This document shows, in pieces, positions 50,289 to 58,543 of a stretch of 64,000 bases of DNA. The position numbers were made by a program, and so were the translations under genes. The notes beneath the pieces are model-generated. The model did not search any database. It worked only from the letters and a program-made list of their open reading frames with translations, and was not told where the DNA came from. Each line of letters opens with the position of its first letter. Within the stretch, counting starts at the first letter, position 1. This DNA is from an uncultured archaeon (lineage in GTDB: Archaea > Thermoproteota > Nitrososphaeria > Nitrososphaerales > Gagatemarchaeaceae): NCBI GenBank assembly GCA_963817525.1, contig CAWFOU010000007.1:896001-960000 (forward strand). Direction: 5' to 3'.

Positions 50289-50383
50289 CGGAATGTGAAG
50301 CCTAGCATGAAGATTAAGGGGTTAGCAAGGATGTTACGATATATTCTTCCGAAGGCTTGTGCAGAAATTTGAATACAGAGTCA

Positions 50384-50437
50384 TCTTCTAGTGGACGGTC
50401 GCTCGGAGAGGCGCTCCGCCCACGTAAGGCAGATAAG
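50384..50437 (+). promoter_or_regulatory. Candidate operator TCTTCTAGTGGAC plus CAGATAAG box
   Basis: The same two elements recur at 51541-51553 and 51565-51572. CAGATAAG lies at -31..-24 from the ATG in both. Confidence 0.55.
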
Positions 50438-50460
50438 CCGAGCATAGGGAGCGCAACCCT

Positions 50461-51522
50461 ATGGGAGAGAAGGCGACCGTCCTCGTCACCGCTGCGGGCG
50501 GTATAATCGGAGAGGGGATCATCAAGTCCCTGCGCCTCGCCAACTCGAAGCGCGGGCCCGTCTCCTACAAGATCCTCGCGGCTGACGCCGACCCTCGGGC
50601 GGCCGGTCTTTACAGGGCTGACGAGGGCTTCCTGGTACCGGGGGCCTCCTCCCCGGACTATATCGATCGCCTCGTCAAGCTGGCGAAAGCCAACGGGGTG
50701 GACGCGATTTTCGTTGGGGCGGACGAGGAGCTGGCGCCCGTGGCGTCGGTGTCGGGCCGCATCGCGAAGGAGAGCGGGGCGGTGCCCATCTCGAATCAGG
50801 CGGAGACAATCGCCATCGGCTCGGACAAGTGGAGGACATACGAGTTCATGAAGCGGAACGGACTGCCGTGCGCGGAGTCAGCCAAGCCTGAAGACAAAGA
50901 GCGTTTCGTCAAAGAGTTCCACTATCCCGTCGTCGTGAAGCCCAGGGAAGGGCACGGGTCGGAGCACTTCTACTTGGCCGGAGGGAGGGACGAGCTGGAC
51001 CAGGCCGTCGTAGCGATTCGTGCAAAGGGGTGGCACCCGATGCTGCAAGAGCACTTGGCCGATGGAGACAATGAGTTCACCACGGGAGTGACCGTGAGCA
51101 GGGGCACCCAGGTCATGTCTTCGATCGCCATGAAGAGGACCCTGAAGGGCGGCCAGACATACAAGGCGTTCATCGACGACTTCCCCGACGTCCGTAGCGC
51201 TGCGGAGGAGGTCGCCCTCCGGCTGGGTGGGTCGGGGCCAATCAACGTCCAGGCTAGGATGGACAAAGACGAACCAAAGGCCTTCGAGATAAACCCCCGC
51301 CTCTCCGCCTCCTGCCCCCTTCGCGCCGTCGCAGGGGTGAACGAGCCCGACATCCTCTATCGCAACTTTGTCCTCGGCGAGGCGATTCGGAGGGAGGGCT
51401 ACGAAAAGCTGGTCTGCCTGAGGTACTGGAACGAGGTCTACGTGCCATACGTCGACTACGAGCGGGCGCGAAAGACCGGGAAGGTTCGGACCTCGGGCTC
51501 GTGGATACCCGGCTATTTCTAG
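50461..51522 (+). CDS. ATP-grasp domain protein (CPS-like ligase)
   Basis: DKW.TY, VVKPREGHGS, LQEHL, NVQ and FEINPRLS. Confidence 0.88.
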   Translation: MGEKATVLVTAAGGIIGEGIIKSLRLANSKRGPVSYKILAADADPRAAGLYRADEGFLVPGASSPDYIDRLVKLAKANGVDAIFVGADEELAPVASVSGRIAKESGAVPISNQAETIAIGSDKWRTYEFMKRNGLPCAESAKPEDKERFVKEFHYPVVVKPREGHGSEHFYLAGGRDELDQAVVAIRAKGWHPMLQEHLADGDNEFTTGVTVSRGTQVMSSIAMKRTLKGGQTYKAFIDDFPDVRSAAEEVALRLGGSGPINVQARMDKDEPKAFEINPRLSASCPLRAVAGVNEPDILYRNFVLGEAIRREGYEKLVCLRYWNEVYVPYVDYERARKTGKVRTSGSWIPGYF

Positions 51523-51540
51523 TACTTTCCGAGTGATGAT

Positions 51541-51572
51541 TCTTCTAGTAGACAGACGTGAATTCAGATAAG
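51541..51572 (+). promoter_or_regulatory. Candidate operator TCTTCTAGTAGAC plus CAGATAAG box
   Basis: 12/13 identical to 50384-50396; box at identical spacing to the ATG at 51596. Confidence 0.55.
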
Positions 51573-51595
51573 GGGTGACGTATACATAACGATGA

Positions 51596-53155
51596 ATGAA
51601 GAAGTCCCTTGTACTTCTCGCTGCGGCGGTGGCGATTGGTCTGTTGCTCGTGGTCGCATTCTTCGCGACGCCCTACTTCGGGAATACCGCCGCGCCTCGC
51701 TCGACGGTCCTGAGCCTGAAACAGTCAGGGGTCGAAAGCTACGACCCTGAGAACAACACGAACCTGCAATCGAGCAGCTTTTCCGGGGACGCAGGAAACG
51801 GGAGCTACACAGTCTTCGACGTCGCCTCCTATCTTCACATAGGCGTCAAGGCCCCCTCCAACGGTTCTTGGGCTGGCTACTACCAAGTGACGCCCAGCAC
51901 GTATGCCTCCCTGGTGCAAGCCACTCTGGTTGCCCCCGCTGGGAACCTGACGGGCTATTTCACGAACGGCATCTATGTCCAGGCTTCTAATCAGGTGCTG
52001 AATTATGTGACCTGCGTGTCCGTGACCAACTCCACTGGTACGTTCTGGATGGTCGTGCACGCGAGCAAGAACGGAGACTCGGCTTCTAATCCCACCACCT
52101 ACGACACCCTCTGGCACGACCCGTCCGAACACCAGTCGCCTATCCGCGACTGTGAGATCATCACGAACGGCCAGAACGCGCTGGAGGTCTACCTTGACCA
52201 CAACATTGTGTACCAAAGCAACTCGCTCTCGCTTGGGATACAACAGCCCTTCAATTTCTTCGTCGGGGTCGAGTCTGAGTACGCGCAACAGCTGACATAT
52301 GGGTCGTCGAGCGACTTTTACGTGACCAACGGCGACGCCGTGAATGTGACCGGCCTCCCCAGCAGCGCGGCCTTCGCGGAGATCGTGGACAGCCACGGGT
52401 ACGTCCTCGCTAGCGCCCCGGTGGCGTCCGGTAAGGCATCGATCAACCTCGGCGGGAGTTCGTTCCCGCTCGTGGGCTACATCGAGGTCTTCGACAAGGC
52501 CCCAACGGCAATCAACGACAGCTCAGGCGAGTTGGCGTCGACTGCGAGCGAGGTGAGCATCTTCGGCGGAGACGTATATGCGCTAGGGCCGAACCCCTCG
52601 ACGACCTCGCAGCTCACGGTCAATCCTGAGGACACGAACGGCAACGAGCTCAATGGCTACTACACCGTACTCATGAAGAACGGTGTGCAGGTGGCCGCGG
52701 GCTACAGCCCGACGAGCTTCACCCTCGAGACCGGTCAGACCTATACGGTGGAGATCTCAGACTATGGCAGCTACGTCTTCGACCACTGGAGCACCGGCTC
52801 GGCTTCGAGGATCATGCAAATATCGATCTCCGGCGACACGTCGATTAACGCGATATTCAGGGAAGCGAAGAGCCCTCCGCCGAGCGGGCAATCTTTGATC
52901 TACGTGAGCGCGGTCAACTCAACTGGCGGCGCCATAACCGGGATCTACAGCACCCTGTGGCAGAACGGGTTCATGGTAGCCCAGGCTTACTCTCCCACCT
53001 CGTTCGTGGTGAACAACGACGCCACGTATCAGGTCACGATGTCGAACTTCGGGTCAAACACGTTCGTCAATTGGCAGGGCGGGTCCAATGACACGTTCGA
53101 CTCGGTCACCACGGGGACTGGCACGTCGACCTACCTGGTAGCTGTCTACAAGTAA
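51596..53155 (+). CDS. Secreted or anchored beta-rich surface protein with two C-terminal repeat domains
   Basis: N-terminal signal/TM and many N-x-S/T sites; two GYYT.L..G..VA.GYSPTSF.....TY.V...YG...F..W repeats. Confidence 0.8.
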   Translation: MKKSLVLLAAAVAIGLLLVVAFFATPYFGNTAAPRSTVLSLKQSGVESYDPENNTNLQSSSFSGDAGNGSYTVFDVASYLHIGVKAPSNGSWAGYYQVTPSTYASLVQATLVAPAGNLTGYFTNGIYVQASNQVLNYVTCVSVTNSTGTFWMVVHASKNGDSASNPTTYDTLWHDPSEHQSPIRDCEIITNGQNALEVYLDHNIVYQSNSLSLGIQQPFNFFVGVESEYAQQLTYGSSSDFYVTNGDAVNVTGLPSSAAFAEIVDSHGYVLASAPVASGKASINLGGSSFPLVGYIEVFDKAPTAINDSSGELASTASEVSIFGGDVYALGPNPSTTSQLTVNPEDTNGNELNGYYTVLMKNGVQVAAGYSPTSFTLETGQTYTVEISDYGSYVFDHWSTGSASRIMQISISGDTSINAIFREAKSPPPSGQSLIYVSAVNSTGGAITGIYSTLWQNGFMVAQAYSPTSFVVNNDATYQVTMSNFGSNTFVNWQGGSNDTFDSVTTGTGTSTYLVAVYK

Positions 53156-53668
53156 GAGCCACTGGCCTTGGCAAGGGGCCAGGTGGATAATAGGGTAAAT
53201 GAAGCGCTGGAGAGCGCCTAGGCCCTACTCCACTCCATGACGGAGAGCGCCAACGACGAGCGGGCGAAGCGGGCTCCCGGGCTCGCGAAATCGCTTGACG
53301 GGCAATTCGGGGACGCGGTAAGGATGTTCGCATAGACGCTGATGACCAGAGACCGGGGGACCAGGGGCGACCGGCTAGCCCTCCTCCGATCCTACAAGAC
53401 GCCCGTCGAGGCCCCGGGGGCCTATATCGTGGGCAAAGCAAAGTACCTAGCAGCCAAGCAGCCGTGGACCCTCTGGCAGGAAGCGGTCGCACGCGCTCGG
53501 TTCGTGGAGATGAGCGCAATCTTTCATGCGTCCAGCGTGCCCGTTTCCGTCGGAGACCATGGCGGCTACAAGCAATCGTGGTTGCGAGCGCCTCGACTCG
53601 GCAGTGCGTCCGAAAGAGATCCCTCCTCGGTTAAGCCAAGTCCTTCGCCGCCTCGTGGGGCGGCGCAA

Positions 53669-55327
53669 TCACATGAACCGCGCGAAGAATATGCTTGCGG
53701 CCCGACCGATGTTCGCCCCCACGTAGATGGTCGAGAGCGCGGCGACCGTTGCCGTTGCCAGCAGGTAGGCCATCTCTATGTTCTGGAAACCCGTGTGGGC
53801 GAGCACGAGCCCTCCAACGAGCACGACGAGCGCCCCCACCATCGCGATTATCGCCAGTCCCATCATCCTGTTCATGAACAACATGAAGACGCCGTTGGCG
53901 AAGAACACCACGAGCAATACGTTCGCGAAGGAGGCGATGTGAAGGATCTGGAGGCTCGTGGGGTTCAGCGCCGTCGCGGGCAGGAGCCTCGGCGCCAGCA
54001 AGTCCAAGGCCGCGGCCACCGCGACGGCCGAGGCCACAGAGGCGACCATCACCATCCTGTATCGCGAGAGCAGAAAGGGCTGAATCTTGTCAGCCTCAGA
54101 GACGGAGTACTCCAAGGTGGCGTTGCTCACCTGGGCAAAGACGGGGCTCATCATCGCGTACTGGATGATCAACGCGGGGAAGATCACCAGGAGCGCCGGA
54201 TCTGCCCCCAGGTGATAGACGGTGTTAAAGACGAAGGGCAGAGCTACACCGTCAGCCGTCTTTATGGGGTTGAAGAACCAAGAGAGGACCCTGTCACCGA
54301 ATATCAGGACGAAGAAGAAAGCCCCGTAGAGGTAGTTGGGCAGCGTCTCCCACAGCTGGACTGAGAACCTTGATCTTATGGTGCTCTTGTTGGTCGTGCT
54401 ATGCCTGAAGAACGAGGGTGCGCCGCTCTCGAGCCGGAACGAGTCTCCCTTCAAGAGCTTGAGCTGGTCGTAGAAGGCGAACGACGAGAGGATAGCAAGG
54501 GCTGCGAAGAGCGCATAGAAGTAGCGGGTGACGTCGTTCGGTATCAGGGCGCCCATCTCGAAGTAAACGAGAATCAGGGCTGAGAAGGCGAGCGAATACG
54601 AGACCACGAGTTGCACCATCTTCCTGAGCGTGTAGATGATGGCGTAGATCACCCTCTGCAGGGAGACCCCGATGAGGCTTATCATCCCGATCTCGAACAG
54701 GCCGATGGGGAAGCTCGTCAGCACCGCGAGGGCGTATAGCCCCCCCACGGTCACCGCGAGGACGGCCCCCACCACGAGATAGGCCCTCTTCAAGACTCGC
54801 CTCGCCTCCGCCAGGTTGCCTTGGTTGTGATAGAAGGCGAAGAACCTGTTGAAGCCTTGCAGAGGCCCTTCCGTGATGAAAATACCCGCAAACAGGCCTG
54901 CCATGAAGACTGTCGTGACCTTCAACGGGAGGAGGAGAGACAGCCACAGCGACACTCCGGCGATGAAGAGCAACAGGAGCGCCCCGACCCATCCGAACGA
55001 TAGCGCCAAGCCCTCCCCGATCCGCCTGGCGGTCGTGGGAAGCTTCACGTAGGACTCGTGGGAGCTGGGGTGGGCCTCCTCGCCGCCGTCGAGGATGTCG
55101 ACGAACTCGTAGATCTCTCGAGAGACTTCGTTGAGGTCGTCGAACCCGTTCCGTTGCGCGTCCTGCTTCGTGTATCCGAGGACCTCGAGGAAGACCATCA
55201 CGTCGGCGACGTTGTTCACCCTGGGTTGCAGTTCGGCGATCGACCTCGCCGCCTTCATGACGAACGCCCTGGACTCTACCGACCCCGAGCTCGCCTCCGG
55301 AGATGACTCCTCCAGCCCCATGGGCAA
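53669..55327 (-). CDS. PelG-like multi-pass polysaccharide synthase/export membrane protein
   Basis: About 12 TM segments with a central DRVLSWF..YHLG.D motif; last gene of the GT4-epimerase operon. Assignment rests on topology and context. Confidence 0.65.
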   Translation of the reverse strand: MPMGLEESSPEASSGSVESRAFVMKAARSIAELQPRVNNVADVMVFLEVLGYTKQDAQRNGFDDLNEVSREIYEFVDILDGGEEAHPSSHESYVKLPTTARRIGEGLALSFGWVGALLLLFIAGVSLWLSLLLPLKVTTVFMAGLFAGIFITEGPLQGFNRFFAFYHNQGNLAEARRVLKRAYLVVGAVLAVTVGGLYALAVLTSFPIGLFEIGMISLIGVSLQRVIYAIIYTLRKMVQLVVSYSLAFSALILVYFEMGALIPNDVTRYFYALFAALAILSSFAFYDQLKLLKGDSFRLESGAPSFFRHSTTNKSTIRSRFSVQLWETLPNYLYGAFFFVLIFGDRVLSWFFNPIKTADGVALPFVFNTVYHLGADPALLVIFPALIIQYAMMSPVFAQVSNATLEYSVSEADKIQPFLLSRYRMVMVASVASAVAVAAALDLLAPRLLPATALNPTSLQILHIASFANVLLVVFFANGVFMLFMNRMMGLAIIAMVGALVVLVGGLVLAHTGFQNIEMAYLLATATVAALSTIYVGANIGRAASIFFARFM

Positions 55328-55328
55328 A

Positions 55329-56306
55329 CTACCGTCTCTGCCCTTGCTGGATTTGGAGCTCGAGCCTGGACGCCATGTAGCGCATCAGCTCGTCCAGCCC
55401 TTGCTCCATGGAGACGCTCCTCCTGTAGCGCAGGACGGACTCGATCTTCTCTATCGAGGACATCCCGAACCGCACATCTCCCGGCCTGGATGGAGCGAAC
55501 GTATGTGGTAGCTCCCGGGCGTGGGCTATCGTCTTTAGGATCTCCAGCAACTCCAGTATGCTCGTGGACCGCCCCGAGGCCACGTTGAAGACCTGGCCCA
55601 CCGCCGCGTCGTCCTCCATGGCCAGCATGTTCGCTTGCACGATGTCTCTCACGTTCACGAAGTCGCGCACCTGTCTCCCGTCGCCGTACACCGTGACGGG
55701 CTCTCGACGGAGTATGGCGTTGACGAAGAGCGTTATCACGCCGCTGTAGTCGCTCATGGCCTGCCTAGGCCCGTAGACGTTGAAGTATCTCAGCATCACG
55801 CCCTCGAGACCATACGTCTGGCGGTATGCGTGAACGTAGTTCTCGACGCACATCTTCGACGCCCCGTAGGGAGAGGACGGGTAGCAGAGGAGGTCTTCCT
55901 TCGCTTTCACGTCTCCCACCGCCCCGTAGACTGCGGCCGACGAGGCGAAGACGAACCTCCTGATCTTCTTCGCGAGGCAGAAGTTCATCATCTGGAGGCT
56001 CATGTTCACGTTCGCATCGTGGACGACCATCGGCTCTTTGACCGACCGCAGGACGTTCGCGATCGCCGCTTCATGGAAGAGGACGTCAATGTGGTGAACC
56101 CCGGCCAGTAGCTGGTCAATCTTTCTCCCGTCCCCGACGACGACGTGCAGGAGGTCGCTTCCCTCGTGCTGGCTCAGGTTCTCGAGCTTCCCCGTGCTGA
56201 GGTCGTCGACCACGTATGTCTCCACCCTTCTCCGGATCAGCTCGTCGACGATGTGGCTCCCTATGAACCCGGCCCCTCCCGTAACCACAGCTCTGGAGGC
56301 CTTCAT
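55329..56306 (-). CDS. NAD-dependent UDP-sugar 4-epimerase (extended SDR)
   Basis: VTGGAGFIGSH, SSAAVYG, YGASK, RYFNVYGPRQ and GDGRQVRDF; ATGA overlap with the GT4 stop. Confidence 0.92.
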   Translation of the reverse strand: MKASRAVVTGGAGFIGSHIVDELIRRRVETYVVDDLSTGKLENLSQHEGSDLLHVVVGDGRKIDQLLAGVHHIDVLFHEAAIANVLRSVKEPMVVHDANVNMSLQMMNFCLAKKIRRFVFASSAAVYGAVGDVKAKEDLLCYPSSPYGASKMCVENYVHAYRQTYGLEGVMLRYFNVYGPRQAMSDYSGVITLFVNAILRREPVTVYGDGRQVRDFVNVRDIVQANMLAMEDDAAVGQVFNVASGRSTSILELLEILKTIAHARELPHTFAPSRPGDVRFGMSSIEKIESVLRYRRSVSMEQGLDELMRYMASRLELQIQQGQRR

Positions 56307-57793
56307 CGAGTGACCACCAGTTCGCTGTCGGGCCGAGCGGTGAGGACTGCGCCGGGCGCGAGCAGCTCTTCGTACAACCTCCGGTAGAGGTCGGTCGAAG
56401 TGGAGAGCTCGAAATTGTCCCTCGCCTTCTTCATAGCGGCCTCCCCCAGGCGCTTCCTTAGGGGCACGTCCTTGAGGAGCGTCACGATAGCCCTGCCCAA
56501 CTCCGTGGAGTTCCTGCTCCGCACCAGGATGCCGCATCCCTCGACGGCCTCCCTCGTCCCCCCCACGTCCGTGGCGACGACGGGCTTGCCGCATGCCATC
56601 GCCTCGATGGCCGCGAACGGGAACGCCTCGGTGATGCTGCTCATGGCGACAACGTCGCCGGTGTTGTACGCCTTCTCGGGCTCGTTCGTCCTGCCCATGA
56701 ACTGGACGTTGCCCTCGAGCTTCAGGTCCTTGACGGTCTTCACGCACTTCTTTGAATACTCAAGGTCGAAAGACTCGCCGTAGATCAAGCACATGACGTC
56801 CGGGATCTCCTTCCTGACGCCGTCCATCGCCGTGATCAGATTGACCAGGTCCTTGAAGATCTCGATCCTCCCCACGTAGACGACCACCGGGCGCGTGGTC
56901 TTCCTTGGCACCGCGATCGGCCTGAAGCGCTTCGTGTCAATCCCGTTGTAGATCACCCTGATCTTCTTCGCCGGGACTCCGAGGCGTAGCTCCCACTCGG
57001 TGTTGGCGTTACAGACAGGCGCCACGATGTCGGCCACCGAGTAAACCGTCTTCACGATGTTCATCGCGACCACCTTCATCATCACCTTCGATGCCTCGTC
57101 GTATGTGTACCCGTTGTAGTAGAGCAGCAACTCCCTGAACGCCACTCCGTGCTCCGTCACTATCACAGGGCATCCGCTCTCGGCCTTTGCGACGATCGCG
57201 ACCAGAGAGGGCGTCCACGCTAGGGCGCAGTGGACGAGGTCTACCTTGGGCAGGTCAACGGAGAGGGTCTGCATCACCCGCTGCAGCATCTGGTAGGCGA
57301 GGAGGGCCTCGTTGAGGCTCATCTCCCTATAGACCTGGTCCTCCCGGAGGATCCTCAGGAATCCCTCCCAGGCAGCCGGGCTCTCCACGCACTTCTTGTA
57401 GTCGAAGGTCCTGAAGAGCCTGTGAAGCTCAAGAATCGACTCTGAGACCTCCGAGGGCTGACATTCAGAAGAGATTATCCTTGAGACGAAGCGGAGGAAG
57501 CGCGGGATGAACTGCTCTTCGACCGCCGCCTGCGACGTAACGAGCACCCGCCCCAGAAAAGGCCTGTCGGAGAACTCCTCGTACCTGCTGGCCCCGAAGA
57601 GAGGCAGCGAGATCACTTTCGTGACGTTCTTCGGGACTCTGAAGGCTCCGTTGGAGTTCGAGTTGGAGAGCTGGTTGTATACCACGAACTCCCAGTCGGT
57701 TAGCTTTTCGATGAGGGCCTTCTCCCATGTGAAGACGCCGCCCGTGGCGATGTTGGGATATCCGTCCCAGCTAACTAACAATACTTTTTTCAA
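56303..57793 (-). CDS. PelF-like GT4 glycosyltransferase (DUF3492 N-domain)
   Basis: GYP...GGV.TW..LI, TEHG...RE, VIYNGID, GRI..FKD and the EX7E motif EAFPFAAIE. Confidence 0.85.
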   Translation of the reverse strand: MKKVLLVSWDGYPNIATGGVFTWEKALIEKLTDWEFVVYNQLSNSNSNGAFRVPKNVTKVISLPLFGASRYEEFSDRPFLGRVLVTSQAAVEEQFIPRFLRFVSRIISSECQPSEVSESILELHRLFRTFDYKKCVESPAAWEGFLRILREDQVYREMSLNEALLAYQMLQRVMQTLSVDLPKVDLVHCALAWTPSLVAIVAKAESGCPVIVTEHGVAFRELLLYYNGYTYDEASKVMMKVVAMNIVKTVYSVADIVAPVCNANTEWELRLGVPAKKIRVIYNGIDTKRFRPIAVPRKTTRPVVVYVGRIEIFKDLVNLITAMDGVRKEIPDVMCLIYGESFDLEYSKKCVKTVKDLKLEGNVQFMGRTNEPEKAYNTGDVVAMSSITEAFPFAAIEAMACGKPVVATDVGGTREAVEGCGILVRSRNSTELGRAIVTLLKDVPLRKRLGEAAMKKARDNFELSTSTDLYRRLYEELLAPGAVLTARPDSELVVTR

Positions 57794-58439
57794 CTGAAGG
57801 CCTCTTTCGCGTCCCGGCAGCCGATGTCGAGGAGACCGGCGCCTCCGGCTTGGACCCCCGCGCGTCCCTTAGACGGAGGAACCCCTCTATCGCGCCGTTT
57901 ACATCGGAAGTCTGAGGCAGCGCGAGACGGAAGGAGACAGCCCTTACCGCCGTGCTGCGCCTGATCCTGAGCACTCTGTCCAAAGTCTCGCTGGTGGCGA
58001 ACGGGCTCGACTTCCTCGCTAGAGAGGCGCACTTGTCGTAGATCTGAGTGGCCCTCTGGGCGTCGCCACCTACTATGAAGTAGTCGTGGGCCTCCTGCAT
58101 CAACCACAGCGCCTCCCGTATGGATTTCCCGAAGACCGCCTCGGCCTGCTCTTCGTACATCCTGGCCGTCTCGAAGTAGAGGTTGCGTGCCGCGTTATAG
58201 TTCCCCGTCTTCTCCAAACAGCTTGCAGCACAGGAGCAGCTCAGGGCGGCCCTGACATGGAGCCCCTTGCTCAGGCAGCCGGCGGCGTCGCGAAGATAGA
58301 GGACCGTCGCCTCCGCGAACCGCCCGTCCTCCTCCATCCCAGTCGCGGTGAGCCACAGGTTTGACGCGTCTGTGAGCTTGTCCTTCCATGTAGTAGCTTG
58401 CACGGCTTCCTGGAGCGCCGGGGAAGCCTTAAGGGCCAA
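57771..58439 (-). CDS. TPR/SNAP-like alpha-helical protein
   Basis: Repeating A..Y..AA..Y helices; overlaps the GT4 start. Confidence 0.65.
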   Translation of the reverse strand: MALKASPALQEAVQATTWKDKLTDASNLWLTATGMEEDGRFAEATVLYLRDAAGCLSKGLHVRAALSCSCAASCLEKTGNYNAARNLYFETARMYEEQAEAVFGKSIREALWLMQEAHDYFIVGGDAQRATQIYDKCASLARKSSPFATSETLDRVLRIRRSTAVRAVSFRLALPQTSDVNGAIEGFLRLRDARGSKPEAPVSSTSAAGTRKRPSVEKSIVS

Positions 58440-58543
58440 TCAAGTTTCTACAAGAGAAATCGTCTGGTGGATTCCTACTATCAGATTCCTACATGTCAAG
58501 GTTGCCTCAGCGACTAATGCACCGGGGAGTAACTATCCTCAGT

